Below, piece after piece: positions 41,271 through 54,800 of a DNA stretch of 64,000 nucleotides. The DNA comes from Tubulanus polymorphus. Lineage: Eukaryota; Animalia; Nemertea. Where the stretch lies: positions 19,103,653 to 19,167,652 of the forward strand of contig NC_134028.1 of the NCBI RefSeq assembly GCF_964204645.1. Direction: 5' to 3'. Under the pieces are notes generated by a model. The model saw nothing but the letters and a program-made list of their open reading frames with translations. It was not told where the DNA came from and searched no databases. The translations under genes and the position numbers were made by a program. The stretch's first letter is position 1; each line of letters starts with the position of its first letter.

Positions 41271-44200
41271 CTAAGCTAATTGTAGTCTGATGCCTGCCAG
41301 GGTAGTGGCAGGCGCCATATTTAAATCTCAGCGTCAAAGGGTGTTTGAAACGCGAGTATGTTAGCTGTTGTAGGTCATTTTGCCCAGTTCAATGCTCAGT
41401 GGTACTGTACATAACGAAGAAAAAGAAACAGTATAGATCATTTCAAATCAACAAAATACACGATTAACGCAGGGGCCTAACGCGTCTGCTTCACACGTAG
41501 CATTAATCAACGATTTGATGTTACACAACCAGTTATTCACCTCAGTCACGTTCATCTCCGCCACATTTCTGGCTGGTGGATGGCGGACGTATTTTGAGAG
41601 TGCTCTCATCAAAATCGTTTTTCGTCCGTTATCGGTGGTCATCTTCTGTTGTAAGGTGAAACATATTATATATTCATATTTGTTAACTATTTTCTGTACC
41701 TACTGTTGTAAGGTATTTTGAATTTGTTTTGTGAATGCCATGACGACTTATAAGAAATTACATTTACTTGATATTGGGTCAGAAATTACGGTCGCCAATG
41801 AGGATGAGTCAGCTTGTTTTGGTTTTGTGGCTGACGAAATGTCGATTCAACAAGCAATTGATGAAGGACGCGAGTCAGTCTTTTCTCCTCCCTGACTATT
41901 ATGGGTCTTCGAGTAAAATTTCTCAGGCGGTTGGTGTTGATAAACATAAGGACTAATCTAAAAGCTCAGGTTCAGCTCAACCCGAGACTTCATCAGAAAG
42001 TCACGTCGATCCTGTTATGACAGAGTTTTTAGAGATGAAGAAAAGACTTGACGCTTTAGAGTCTCATTATTTACAAAGTGATAATGATCGGTTTGTCTAG
42101 ATCAGCAGGATCATTGTGCATCAATTTGCAGCTATTTTAGCCAAGATAGACCATAACAATAATGACAATAACGGCTTTATGACCTGTAATAGGTCGGCGA
42201 TGGAGTCTTAAAAATGTCGGGCCCCCAAAAAAGAATCCGCAGTTAGCCCAAGCCGTCGATAAACTGATGATGGAGTTTTAGTGGTGACAATTCGGATCTT
42301 AAGATGGATTTGTTTGATAAATTGGAGAAATCTGTCAGGCAGTACGCTTGTCCTGAAAATATTCCGAGTTTGGCCGTCATCTAATGAAATCAGCCAATTT
42401 GGTCAAAGTCAAGTAATAAATCGGCTGCTTTCGATTTGAAGTGCCAAAAAAAAATCAGAATTATAACCTAAGAGGTATAACTGCGGTTACTCAAGTAATG
42501 GTTCTTTTATCGGGTCCAGACCCTTTGAAAAAAAGACCTAGGTATGACGTCATATCACTCCTTGAGTCTATTTGCACAAAGCGTTTATGAAATTATTTTA
42601 AGACGTCGGGAACTATTGAAGCGTGGATCTAACGATGTTTATAAGCCAATTTGGCTCCCATCAAATCCTATTGGGAAAGACCTTTATGGGGATCAACTTG
42701 ACGACAAGTTGCGTGACATAGAAAGATCAAATCGTATGGTTACGAAGATGGTAGATCGAGGTCGTGGGAACTATCGATCTTGAGGTCATGCAAACAGGCG
42801 ATTCCAGCCTTACATAAGGCCTGCGTCTTCCAATTTTCCAAAACAGGATTTTTAGAAAAGAGGTCAACATCAGAGGAAATAATAAGTTCTCAATTATCTC
42901 CTGTTTCTTCTGGCCGAATTAAACATTTCGTCTCCTTTTGGGAGACTTTAACTTGTGACAAATCAATTTTGAATTTGGTTTTGGGTGATAACATTGAATG
43001 GAACTTGATTCCTCCTAATCAATTTCTTCCACCGCGTTCAATTAAATTTAATTTAATGAGTTGAAACTTCTGCTATTGACTCACTATTATCAGATTTTTG
43101 CAGAGTCGTGAAATAGTTGAATTTGCTTCACCTGATAGGGGTCAATTTATATAAAATATTTTCGTCGTTCCGAAAAAAGATGGATTATTTAGACTTATTT
43201 TGAATTTGACTTGCTTAAATAAACATGTCAAGTATTTTAAACTCGTTGAAATCTGCTCTTAGTCTTATGACTTTTGGTTATTTCATGGCCTCGCTTGATT
43301 TGAAAGATGCCTATTATTCTATCAATATCGCTTGTAGCGATCGGAAATATCTTCGATTAATTTGGAAAGGCCAACTTTTTCAGAAGTGGGGTATATTTCT
43401 ACAGATTATACATTGATGATATAATATCTGCAAGGAGATGACGAGCCTTGTTGCGATGATAACAATGCTGGCGTTACAGAATAACAATTGGTTAATTGTG
43501 GTTATATTATTCATTCGATGAAATCGGAAAAGAAGTCAGTCTGTACTCAGTGGAAATTCTTAGGATTTTGGCTGAATTCCATGATTTGGAAAGTTTTTCT
43601 TGGCCAGGACAAAGTCCATAAGGTTGTGAATGAATGCAAATCATTATTAGAAATTTCATTACCGACATTACATCACATAGCCAAAGTTGTCGGAATTTTG
43701 GGTTCTGTTTTACCGGCTGTCCCTGAGGGGCCGTTACATTATCGAGATTTATGCAAAATCGAAGGATTGAAACAATTTGCGGATGATAACTCTAGGGTCG
43801 TTCATTTATCTGAGAAAGCTAAAAATGATTTATTCTGGTGGATTAATAATGTTGTCAGATCTTCTGAACCTATTGTTGTTAATTATCATCAAACATGTGG
43901 GCACTGGAATGCAGATGAAGCAATTCAGCACAATTATTTTAAATTGAAGTGATTTTATTTGGTCTTAAAAGTTTTATTAGCATTTTAACCAATAATCATA
44001 TTCTTGTTAAATCTGACAATGGTGGCTATTGCTTATGTATCTTTTTAGGGAGGATCTAAATCAGAACTTCTTAATTCTTTAGCTAAAGAGATTTGGTGTT
44101 TCGCTCTGAAATTTAACTGTTGGTTAAGTGCAGCCTTTATTGCGGGTAAAACTAATTTTCAGGCTGACTTATTGTCTCGGCAACCTCTATCTAATAAAAA

Positions 44201-44470
44201 GTGGATCTTAAATCCAACTTGTTTCATCAATATTTGTAATTCCTTTGGAGCTCCTGAGATTGATCTGTTAGCTTCTCGGTTGAACAAACAAATTGTCCAG
44301 TTTCTATCTTGGTTACCTGATCCTGATGCTATAGCTATTGTTGCTTTTACGTTAAACTGGTCTACATGGTGTTGATGTGCCTTTCCTCCATGTAGTTTAA
44401 TTGGGAAATGTTTAGTCATGGGAAATGTTTAGTTGAAATTTGTGATGAATCTAGCCATGGCATTTTAGTT

Positions 44471-44820
44471 GGGTTGTAGGTAAAAAATCCCCTGGGTATA
44501 AATCCCCAAGGTAAATATCCCCTGGGTAAAAATCCCCTAGGTAAGAATCCCCAAATATTCAAACTTAAGTACTAATTTAGTATTAATGAACTGTTAATTT
44601 GTAGTATGTTTTAATTCAAATAGTTTAAACTATAGTTTGTATACTGATGATATCCTTATGATGTTCCACAATAATAAATTGGATATATGTATCAATAATA
44701 TAAATTAATTGACCTTAACAGTGTATCTACTTACACTACATTCAGAAGGAGGGGGATTTTTACCTACTTTGAAGAATTGGAGATTTTAACGGAGGGGATT
44801 TTACCTAGGGGATTTTTACC
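44471..44820. mobile_element. MITE with 16-bp subterminal tandem repeats, at the point where most of the DIRS recombinase gene is missing
   Basis: GGTAAAAATCCCCTAG-like units at left and inverted GGGGATTTTTACC units at right. Confidence 0.6.
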
Positions 44821-45249
44821 AATTTTTTTGTATTGATCGTTTTTCGAGTCATTCTACTCGGATGGCTTGTGCTTTGCTGCATCTAAGTCCCTGCCTATTA
44901 ATGTCATTTTGGCCACAGTGGCCTGGACTGCACCTCAGAATTGGACTATTAATGCCGAGGAAGGATGTATCAAAGTTACACTGACATGGACAGTCCAGTC
45001 ATCGAAGCCATCGAAAGCGGTGAAATCGAAGTCAACTCTGAATCGGAACCATAGACGAACGCAGGAATACCTGAACCGAAGGATGCTGAAAACAGAAGTT
45101 CCGAATTCAACGAAATCAGATAACGCTACCATGAACACAGCAGTCATGACTGTCAACGCGACTCATAGGAACTCAGACAGTGTTGAGGACGTCATAACTA
45201 CCGCTGAAATAAAGAAATTGGAAGGAACCTCGCAGAAACTTTCAGGTGG

Positions 45250-47876
45250 AGTAGAGAATCCCACACTGATAAAACGAAAGATAAAGTCCGAAAAATGTTT
45301 CCTATATAGCTGATGTGTTTTTATTCATTCGACGTTTCGACTATAACCTAATAGTCATCTTCGGGAATATTGAATTAACAAGAAGTAGAAATATTTATAT
45401 ATACCAGCCAGAACATAGAGACAAAATAGTTAAATAAATAAAGTAATTAAGAGCGAATTAAGCTAAAAGGTATGATTAACTAAAACAAAAGTGATTCAAA
45501 GTTGAGAGAGTGACAGTAATTGAGTAAATTACAACAAAACAAAGAGGGGAGGAAAGGAACATTAAAGTTTAACCAAATTGCAGATGAATTTAGAAATAAG
45601 TTGGTTATGAGGGGAAAAACCATTGTTCAGGTTGACGCAATTATCCGAATTTTCCATGATCAAAGCGGATTCTAAAATGTGTCTTGTGATTTTATCATTA
45701 CACGGGTAGATTAATTTAACGTTTAAAAAGTCAAAATTATGTGATGATTTGAATTGATTTGAGTGGTCAACAACCGCACTTTCTGGTTTAGAGTTTTTTT
45801 GATATCTAATTTGTGTTCTTTGGTTGAGATTACGACCTGTTTCACCTAATTATACTTTATTCCAGACTTTACATAGTATTTTGTATCTTCCACAATTGAG
45901 AGATTCCGATTTAGGTTTATTGTTTATCAATAGGTTACTAATTTTATTATTGTACTTGAAAATTATTCGTTTATTAAGGGATTGGAGAGGGAGTTTAGAT
46001 TTTTCCAAAAATGGAACATACGGAACAATGATAGGCTGTTTATCAGACGGCGTAGGGGTTTTAGAGTTTCTATTATTAAAATGCGAGGAGCGAGCTTTTT
46101 TGGAGAGCTCTTTTCGAAATGTAGTCAGGGTAGGGGGTTGGTTGATGTGTTTTATTTCATCGAGTAGCATAGATGGATCACAAATTCTTAAAGCTCTACG
46201 AGTTAGCCTTGAGCTAAAGCAAGTTTTATACTGAGGGAAGTGAAAGCAAAAAAATGTAGGCATTTTACCGCCCATTCGTAAGTGAAAGATAGGGATGGGT
46301 ACAGAGAGTTAAGATACGAAAGGACATTATCAACGTTAAAATCACAGGGCGCTAAGGCAAGGACATCATCAACATATCTAAGCCAGATTTTGGGTGGTAT
46401 ATCCGTGTACAGAGGTAGTATTACTGATTCTGCATGTTCGAAGAACAGGTTAGCAAGAATAGGACTGAGAGGGTTACCCATAACAATACCAAATGTTTGT
46501 TCATAATAAATACCATTAAATTCAAAAGAGGAGTCCGTAGTACAAATGGCAATGAGGTCGATGATACAGTCGGTAGGGATGCCGAGGTTTATATTAAGGG
46601 AGGATAATCGTCGTTTAAGAAAATCAAGGGTAGGTCCGAGTGGAACATTAAGGAAAAAGGGGAGTTAACATCGAAAGATATGAATTTTTCATTACCAGGA
46701 ATAATATTCTTAAGGGGTTCAAGCAAATCTTGGTTATGGCGGAGGTGCGAAGGGGAAAAAGAGCCAAGAACAGGAGATAATTGTTTAGCTAAAACTTTGG
46801 TGTGAAAGGTAGTGATGGGAGACGAGAATGGAACTTATTCAAAGTTTCTTTAGTGGACGGAAACCGTTTAAGAATATCTGAGAGATTTCTATTACAATTG
46901 GCTTGCATACGTGAAAGGGGGTTCGATTTAAGTTTCTTATATACATCGGGGTTGTCTAAGAGAGATAACATTTTTGCATTATAATCAACAAGATCTAAGA
47001 TAACAATTTTCCCACATTTTTCCGCTTTTGAAATTTTAACAGTTGTTACGTTTCGGAGTTCATGAAGAGCGAGACGGAATCGACGTGGTAAATAATCAAA
47101 ATAATTCATGTTCAGTTGATCACAATGGTTTGTAAGTTCATAAATTTGAAATTATAGTCCAGACTATTGAGTGATAATTTCCGAAATTCTAAGTGAGTGA
47201 CGAAAAATGCTTATTCTGCTGTGGAAGCGAAAAGTTCAAACCATAACCGAGAATTTGACATTGTGTAGATGTTAACACGGTTGAAGATGGATTAACGATG
47301 TTGTCTGTTTTGCTGAATTTAGTCCATGCAGTAGAATCGATCAATCTATCGAGTTGGTTCTTAAGATCCAAAGATTTCTTGCGTTACTGGTATATAACGG
47401 AGTCGTGAACTATAGACGATAGTGAATTCCAGATATATTGGTCAGGTAACTGAGACTTTAGATAGTTTTGAGATTGGCGAAATTTGTAGAATTGGTGATT
47501 GCAATCTTCCTTAGCGCGATCTATTGCGAATTTCAGTTGTTTATTAGTTTCAGGCGGAAAAGCTGAACTGGAATCATACTTCCAAATCCAAGACAGCGAA
47601 CACGGAATAACTTTTTCGCAGTAACAGTTCTGGAGAAATTTAACTTTACTCTTGCCGCGGTTCTCGATTTAATGTAACATTTTTCATAATTTCGGAAGCT
47701 GGTAACGAGATACGGAAACGCGAGGAAAAAGAATTTCAAAACAATGCTTCGATCCGTGGGTAACATTATAACCATTGAAGAAACACTATTCCGTGCTGTA
47801 ACGATAAAGTAGAGAATCCCACACCGATAAAACGAAAGATGAAGTCCGAAAAATTTTTGCTATACAGCTGATGTGT
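45250..47876 (-). mobile_element. Penelope-like retroelement (RT plus GIY-YIG endonuclease), frameshifted
   Basis: GIVMGNPLSPILANLF, WLRYVDD, GETGRNL and RHILESALI on -. Direct terminal repeat (pseudo-LTR) at 45250-45317 and 47808-47876. Confidence 0.9.
45327..45368 (-). ncRNA. Minimal type I hammerhead ribozyme in the Penelope pseudo-LTR
   Basis: Minus strand ATTC-CCGAAGA-T-GACTAT-TAGGTT-ATAGTC-GAAA-C-GTC-GAAT: stem I, CUGANGA variant with U4C, stem II, GAAA, minimal stem III, GUC cleavage triplet. Confidence 0.8.
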
Positions 47877-48571
47877 GGGGAACTTGCCGATTTGAAGGTC
47901 AATTTAGAATCAAAAGGAAGAACTATTGTTAATCAACTTTTGTCAATTACTATAATATCATTAAGCCGTCCGTAAAACTTATGGCTGAGGCGGTTTTATC
48001 TACTGCATCGACTTCTTCATAATTTGGTATGTCTTGTTCTAGATATATTCAGGCAAAATGTCTTTGAAATCTCATGGAATCCCGAGCATTATGTCGTAAT
48101 GCTGGAGAATTAGTAAATTAAACGATACTTACTTTGGTAAGGAGAAGTTTGATTGTAATTCTACGAATTACGTCAGAGCGAGTGATTACATGCCCTCCCT
48201 TTCTTCTTTCGCAGATTGGTCCCACCCTTTCTGACGTGTTTTTATTTTAGAATTATCATGTTTATTTAGTGTTGGTTCAGGTTATTTTGCCTTCATAGCT
48301 GTGAATTGTGACACGGAAGTGATCTCCACTCATGTAATCCCTCAATTCGTAGATTTACAATCAAACTTCTACTTACCAAGGTAAGATATTTTAATCTACT
48401 AATTATTCATGTGATAATTTATATAGACAAATTATATCGTTGAACCAGGAATCGTTCCAAGGGACCCACAGATAAATTATTTGTGAACAAGGGAGGGAGT
48501 ACTTTGCATATTCGGTTATCGCATGTGTCACGTGCGTCGATTGAGAGAGCGTACGAAACCTTTGGTTCAAT

Positions 48572-48608
48572 CAGGGAAGTGTGATGAGACTCTCATCACA
48601 CTTCCCTG
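48572..48608. mobile_element. 37-bp TIR-only palindrome with a 7-bp TSD (transposon footprint)
   Basis: CAGGGAAGTGTGATGAGA-C-TCTCATCACACTTCCCTG, flanked by GTTCAAT at 48565-48571 and 48609-48615. Confidence 0.75.
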
Positions 48609-48832
48609 GTTCAATCAAGGATCAATGAAACATAGCCAACACCCCGAATGGACTCGGTTCGAGGCTCTCGACTATTCATCAAAATAACGAGATGATTTCC
48701 GTTTAAATAATAGGTTTTATTTCAATAATTATAAATGAACAAATATGCATTAATCAAAACAATTTAAAAGAATGATAGGACGGATAATTCATCAACCCCA
48801 ATGTACTATAGAGCGGTGTACCAGGGTTCGTT

Positions 48833-51800
48833 TCAGTTGTATGGGAACAGTCTTACAGGCAATGGCCACACTAATTCTGCAAGTAAAGAAGAATATATAA
48901 TATTAAGAGAAATGTGTTCAACTAAAATCCCTGTGAGAGAAAATCCTTGTGAAACTAGGGGTCCAGGGACACCATGCCCACTTGGGAAATGGTTTCAAAT
49001 GCTCAACAATCTAACAATTTCAATATTCAACGCCCCCTGGTGACCATTTACAAAACCCAACGACCTTGAAACTCACCAAAATCATAGAACATGTCAGCAG
49101 CTACGATTTTGTAATTGATTGTGATAACAAAATATGCCTCGTTACCAATTTAATATGGAAATACTAAGTCATTCTACTATTCAACGCCCCCTGGTGACCA
49201 TATTCAAAACCCAATGACCTCGAAACTCACCACAATCATAGAACATGTCATGAACTACAACTTTGCAATTGATCATGGTAACAAAATATGCCTAGGTACC
49301 AATATAATAAGGAAATACTAAGTTATTCTACTATTCAACGCCCCCTGGTGACCATATAGAAAAACTAATGTCCTTAAAACTCACAACATTCATAGATGAT
49401 GTCATGAGCTACAACTTTCCAATTGATTGTGGTTACAAAATATGCATAGGTACGAATATAATAAAGAAATGCTAAGATATTGTATTATTCAATGCCCCCT
49501 GGTGGCCATATACGAAATCCAATTACCTTGAAACTCACCACAATCATAGAACACGTTATGAGCTACAACTTTCTAATCGATTGTGGTAGCAAAATACGCT
49601 TAGGTATCAATATAATGTGGAAAAACTTTTTCCCACTTACGAATGAGTACTGGTGACACCAAGATGGCCGCCAATTGCGTCATAATTGGCTGATGAAAAA
49701 TACCTGTCTGAGGTATAAAACATCCTTTTCCAAAGAATACCCATCACAAATTGCAATGAGAAATGGTAAACCAGTAGGAAGCTACAGGACTCAGAATTCG
49801 GGCAAAAATTAACATTTTTAAGCACTAAAAAGGTCATAGGACGGCCATCTTGAGTCCGACCGACCCAATTTTTGTTTAGTTGATGGGCCCTTGGGGGATT
49901 CATATATATACGAAAGATCAAGGTAATTGATCGAAGCGTCTTCAAAATTTCCCTCAAAAAGTTCAAAAATGTGTAAAAAGTGCTGATTTTGGCGAACAAC
50001 AATGGCTGCCAGTCAGCCATCTTGATTCTGACAGGGCCAGTTTTTGGGCTGAAGATGTGTCTAGGACGACGGACGAAAAGTGAACGCAATAGCCCGCTGG
50101 GACTAAAGTCCCAAGTGGGCTAAAAAGAAATTCTAGCATTGGAAGTTGTTAGTGCAATCTTGTAATAAGCAATCATCGCATACCGGTGCAGTGCAGTTAA
50201 CAAGAATTGGCTTAGGTAGGGATTTGGAAGGCTAAGTGATATCCTACATACCTCCCTGCATTGTGAAATCAAATGGATTCGAATATATTTTGGTGATATC
50301 ATCCAGATTGGTCATGCATTGATCATCAGTTTCAGCCAGATATCCAACAACCACTGTAAATCAGATAAAAAAATTATTCTACCATCCCCTGCAACTTATC
50401 ACAGCTGAGCCTTTTTCATATAACTTACACTGTTGTGGAATAAACTCTGGTACTTTCTCCCTCAGGGTGTCTAGCGTATTCTTGAAATTCAACTGTCATA
50501 GAAAAATTTAGTATAGTCATACATGTAGTACAGTGGAACCTCATTACGTAGCCAGAAAATGTGTTCGTTATATCAGCATGAAATTTATGATCTTTTTTTA
50601 CTTTGGCCGAAATTCTACATTTGCTATATCGACGACGAATCGTTGTATGCGAATTCGTTATGATGCGGTTCCACTGTATTTAATGTGGTAAAGAGGATTG
50701 TGTTTAAGGCCAGACAAAAAAGATGCCTTGTTTCTCATCACAGCAACATGAAGGTATCAAACAAGGGCAGGGGTTATTCTTTTTCATTTTATAGTTTAAA
50801 AAACGTGGAAATAAAAACTTTTATTGTAGTTGAGGTATCTCATCAATTTTAGACAGTGTGGTAAGAAGATTGTGTATAACCAGCGCATTATTTTTCAATT
50901 ATCTTGATTCATGATGCCAATCCGTCTGAGTTTCAATTGCTTCAAATTTATTCAATTTATGAGTCCAATGAGATGAAAATTGATGCTTACTAGGTAGTTA
51001 AATAAAACATTCTAGATGTGTCAAGACCAACATTGGAAATTTAAAGAAATAATTTTGTAAAACTACTGAAACTGAAACCTCGTTTTGGCTGTTAACTATG
51101 CCATCAGTAGGCGGTCCGTAGTACATAGTAAGAAGTTAAAGTGAAAAGGAATAAATTGGAATTGACTGTACTAGGTATTCGAAGACATCTGTGATATTAA
51201 AACAAATAATTCCCATCGGCTCTTCTTTTTTTCCCTGGTTAAATCCGTACTCAAAGTAATAAAAAAAAGCCTTTTCTAAAACTGAACAAGAAAAATTATA
51301 TTCTTAATCCTCACCTTCGGGGTTTTTGAAAGAAAATTTCCAAGTTTAAGAAGCTGATTTAGAACATCAACGATGAGTTTATCAGTTGAATCAGACGGTT
51401 CATATAAGGCTATGTTCTGTGATTGGATGTCTAGCACACGTGAGTTCCAACCACTATACGAACGTGTCGGAATGTTTAAGTAACTGTTAAGGTACTTAAA
51501 AGAATGAGCTTAAAACCGTTGACTGAGCCTATTCTAAATCATAATGTATAAATGAAATGCATTCAGTTTATGAAAAAATGCAGATGAAAGTTCTATTTTA
51601 CAGGACTGTCTGACTGGGGCTGTTAAAACAGTTGTAACTACATGTACATGTACAACTCACTGCTAGATGAAAATGTTCAGGCCACTGAGCTGGAATTTTA
51701 TTTCATAAGGAAATCAAGCAGATTTGACAGGAAAAATATTAACCTTTCATCATCCCATACAGCTGGAGATATACAGGGTGTCTCAAAAATGTGTTACCGT

Positions 51801-54800
51801 GGCTTAAAGATTAATTTTTCATTAAATGTAATTGAAATAAATCTTTTGGGAGGTAAGGTTGGTAGACCTTGGCTCGACTTGACAAAATTGTTGGTCCTTC
51901 TAACTAATTAAGCTATTCTGGGACTTATCTGGGACTTCTTCAATATCATAACCATTAGTCACTAATGTACAGTTCAGCTCAACGTCGAATCTTGACATAT
52001 CGGATTGAGTATTTCTCAAAATCTGTCATTTTCCCAACACTTAAGTCAAAAATTCCTGCTGGTGGTCTTTTGAATACCTTGGTTTTTACATATCTCGACA
52101 GGAAAATATCACTTTGAGTGAAATCCAGTGATTTGGTGATTTTAAATCATTTTTTCAACTGGCAGCTGCTGATTTTTCAAAAGACGTACACAATGGAACA
52201 ATCTTTAATTTTGGTTCGACACCATTTTAAGCACCATTCAAAAACATGCTAGTCCTCAGCCATGCATGACTTATTTTGCATTTCATTTTCAAGTAGACAT
52301 CCAAGTCTACTAACCTTACCCCCTAAACTATAATTAAAATTATAGCTAAATATAGCTGTAAAGCACTGACAACAGGTTTCTGCCTTGCTGGTTTAAATGT
52401 CGCACTCGGAAGCACACAAAGATTTCACCAAAATAATTCTTATCAGTTCGTAACATATGACTATTCTGAAGGAGCGTGACACATATCCGGGATATGTGGA
52501 TCTACAAGGGCTACCACTTAAAAAGTACTGATGTACCTTGTTCGGTGCTTTCATAGTTCCGTTGGGAGTTGCATGAACTAATCGTACCCCTTTGCATATG
52601 GCACTTATGTGTATATGTACTTATACCAAGTTTTTGATGTGATCCAGCTTTGAAACTGGACTAAACCATGTGTACTCAATAGATTTTAATTGATTTCAAC
52701 ATGCATTCGTGAAGCATTTTGATAATATCACATCGCTAAAGATCTTGATTTGTTCTATTAAGAACTCAATCTTAATCTGATAAGTTGACGTGCAGAACAA
52801 AATAACAGAGATAAGAATCACTGTTAATTCGATAAAAGAAATGTTTTATTGAAATATTTCAATACATACATATGTAAGTTGTAGATCGCCGAGAAAGCAC
52901 TATTATCATTATTATTAGGGTTTCTGCTGCTTTCGCAGAAACCCTCTTGTAATTCTGTTGATTATTATCATTATTATAAATTTTCCACTTTCCTGCCAAA
53001 AATTTTTCATAAAATGTAACTCCTCTCAGATTCGACTACTAACAGCTTATAAACGTAATTTTCAATTCTGTCAGAAATGTAACTCAGCACCTGGCCATTT
53101 CGATTTGCGTATAGTAATTTATTATGAATTAATCCCGCGTAAATTCCGGGTCTAAAAAGCGACAAGAATAACGCAAAGAATCGTCATCCATTGATAAAAG
53201 TGCACCCCGAAAAGCCTAAAATTTACCGGATGACCTTGAGCGTCAACTCAACCGTCAACGGATTCGGACTCACATTAGTCCGGACACGTCAATTCTCGCT
53301 ATCTGATTCATATATGAGCGATTCAAAAAGCCGCCATTTTGTTTTCGCAAATCACGTAATCCCTCGGACTGATAGAAGTCCCGATCCGTCATTTCCCCTT
53401 TCTGTTTCATCTATCGCCGCCATTTTGTACCATCTTCCGTTTGGCAGATGAACTCAACATTACCTAAATCGCTTCAAAGACGTTGACGCAGTTGATACCA
53501 CATCATGTTCGAATCCCGACAATGCAATAATTTTGTTACCTATAATTCCCTCTTTGTGATTGAAGTAAATTAATGTTCATTGAGCATACGTCGTTAAGTT
53601 TTCAACAACTTTAAAAAAAAATTCGTTGTTTATTTCTGAATGCAAATTCCTCACTGAACGAATTGATGCATAAAGAAAGATCAACCTAGTATTAACGAAA
53701 TTATAGATCAAAACGCGCAAGGAGAGCATGTGTGACAGACTAGTTCATGCAACTGCCACCAGGGGACTCTGAAAGAACCATATCTTCAGTTAAGCCATTT
53801 TGGTACATCGATACTTTTTACGTGGTAGCCCTTGTATGTAGCTGGATCCACATATCCAGCATATTGTTGACCCAGGTTGGGCTTCTTGGAAATAAGTCAT
53901 ATGTTATGGACTGTAGAATTATTTCAATGACGCTGCCAAGTGCGATATACATGTATGAACCAGTTAGGCAGAAACCTGTTATCGCTGCTATGCAGCTATA
54001 TTTATAAATTATTATTATTATTATCATTTATTCTGGTCCTGGGCCACTGCTGATACTAGATTTTAAGGACTTCTAAATCCATACTTGAAAAAAAAACAAT
54101 GATGGTCAACGAACCGTGGAAGTTTATGTAGCCGAATAAACTGAGCAGTCACTTGGTTATTAGAATCAAACACGCTTGGTCACCAGCAAATTGTCAATAA
54201 GTGTGAAGATTTGTAGACCGACCAGCAATAACAATAAACCTCTGGCCGAAGTTAAAATGTGTTAACGGATTACATCATTAACAAAGCTCAGCAGCTGAAG
54301 GACGGATAGACATACAGTCACATTCGATTGACTCAAAACAATGTATGATATTGCATATCTACCATGTCGAGAATTACCCGCTTACAATAAAAATCCTGGC
54401 TGTAAGAATATCCATATTTGATATGACTGTACGACCAAAACTATTGAAAAATATGAATAAAATGTCCATAAGCCTATACAAATCAAACATAAACCTGTTA
54501 GAAAAAGGGAATGTAACTAGGGGTCCAGGGACACCATGCTCACTTGGGAAGTGGTTTCGGATGCTCATCAATCTAAAAATTTCAATTTTCAACGCCCCAT
54601 CCAATGACCTTGAAAAATCCAATGACCTTGAAACTCACCACAATCATAGACCATGTCAGCAGCTACAATTTTGTAAATGATTGTGGTAACAAAATATGCC
54701 TAGTTACCAATATGATATGGAAATGGAAATACTAAGTTATTCTACTATTCAATGTCCCATATGTAGTGACCATATGTAAAACCCAATGACCTTGAATCTT

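Larger units (their letters stand above)
41560..48410 (+). mobile_element. Degenerate DIRS1-like tyrosine-recombinase retrotransposon interrupted by nested insertions
   Basis: RT: VSSGRIKHFVSFWE, VPKKDGLFRLILNL, MASLDLKDAYY, YIDD. RNase H region present. MT-like EIDLLASRLNKQ..SWLPDPDA. Tyrosine-recombinase remnant SHSTR..ILATVAW|TAST. Inverted repeat about 48108-48192 vs 48331-48405 fits ICR/ITR organisation. Left end uncertain. Confidence 0.8.
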
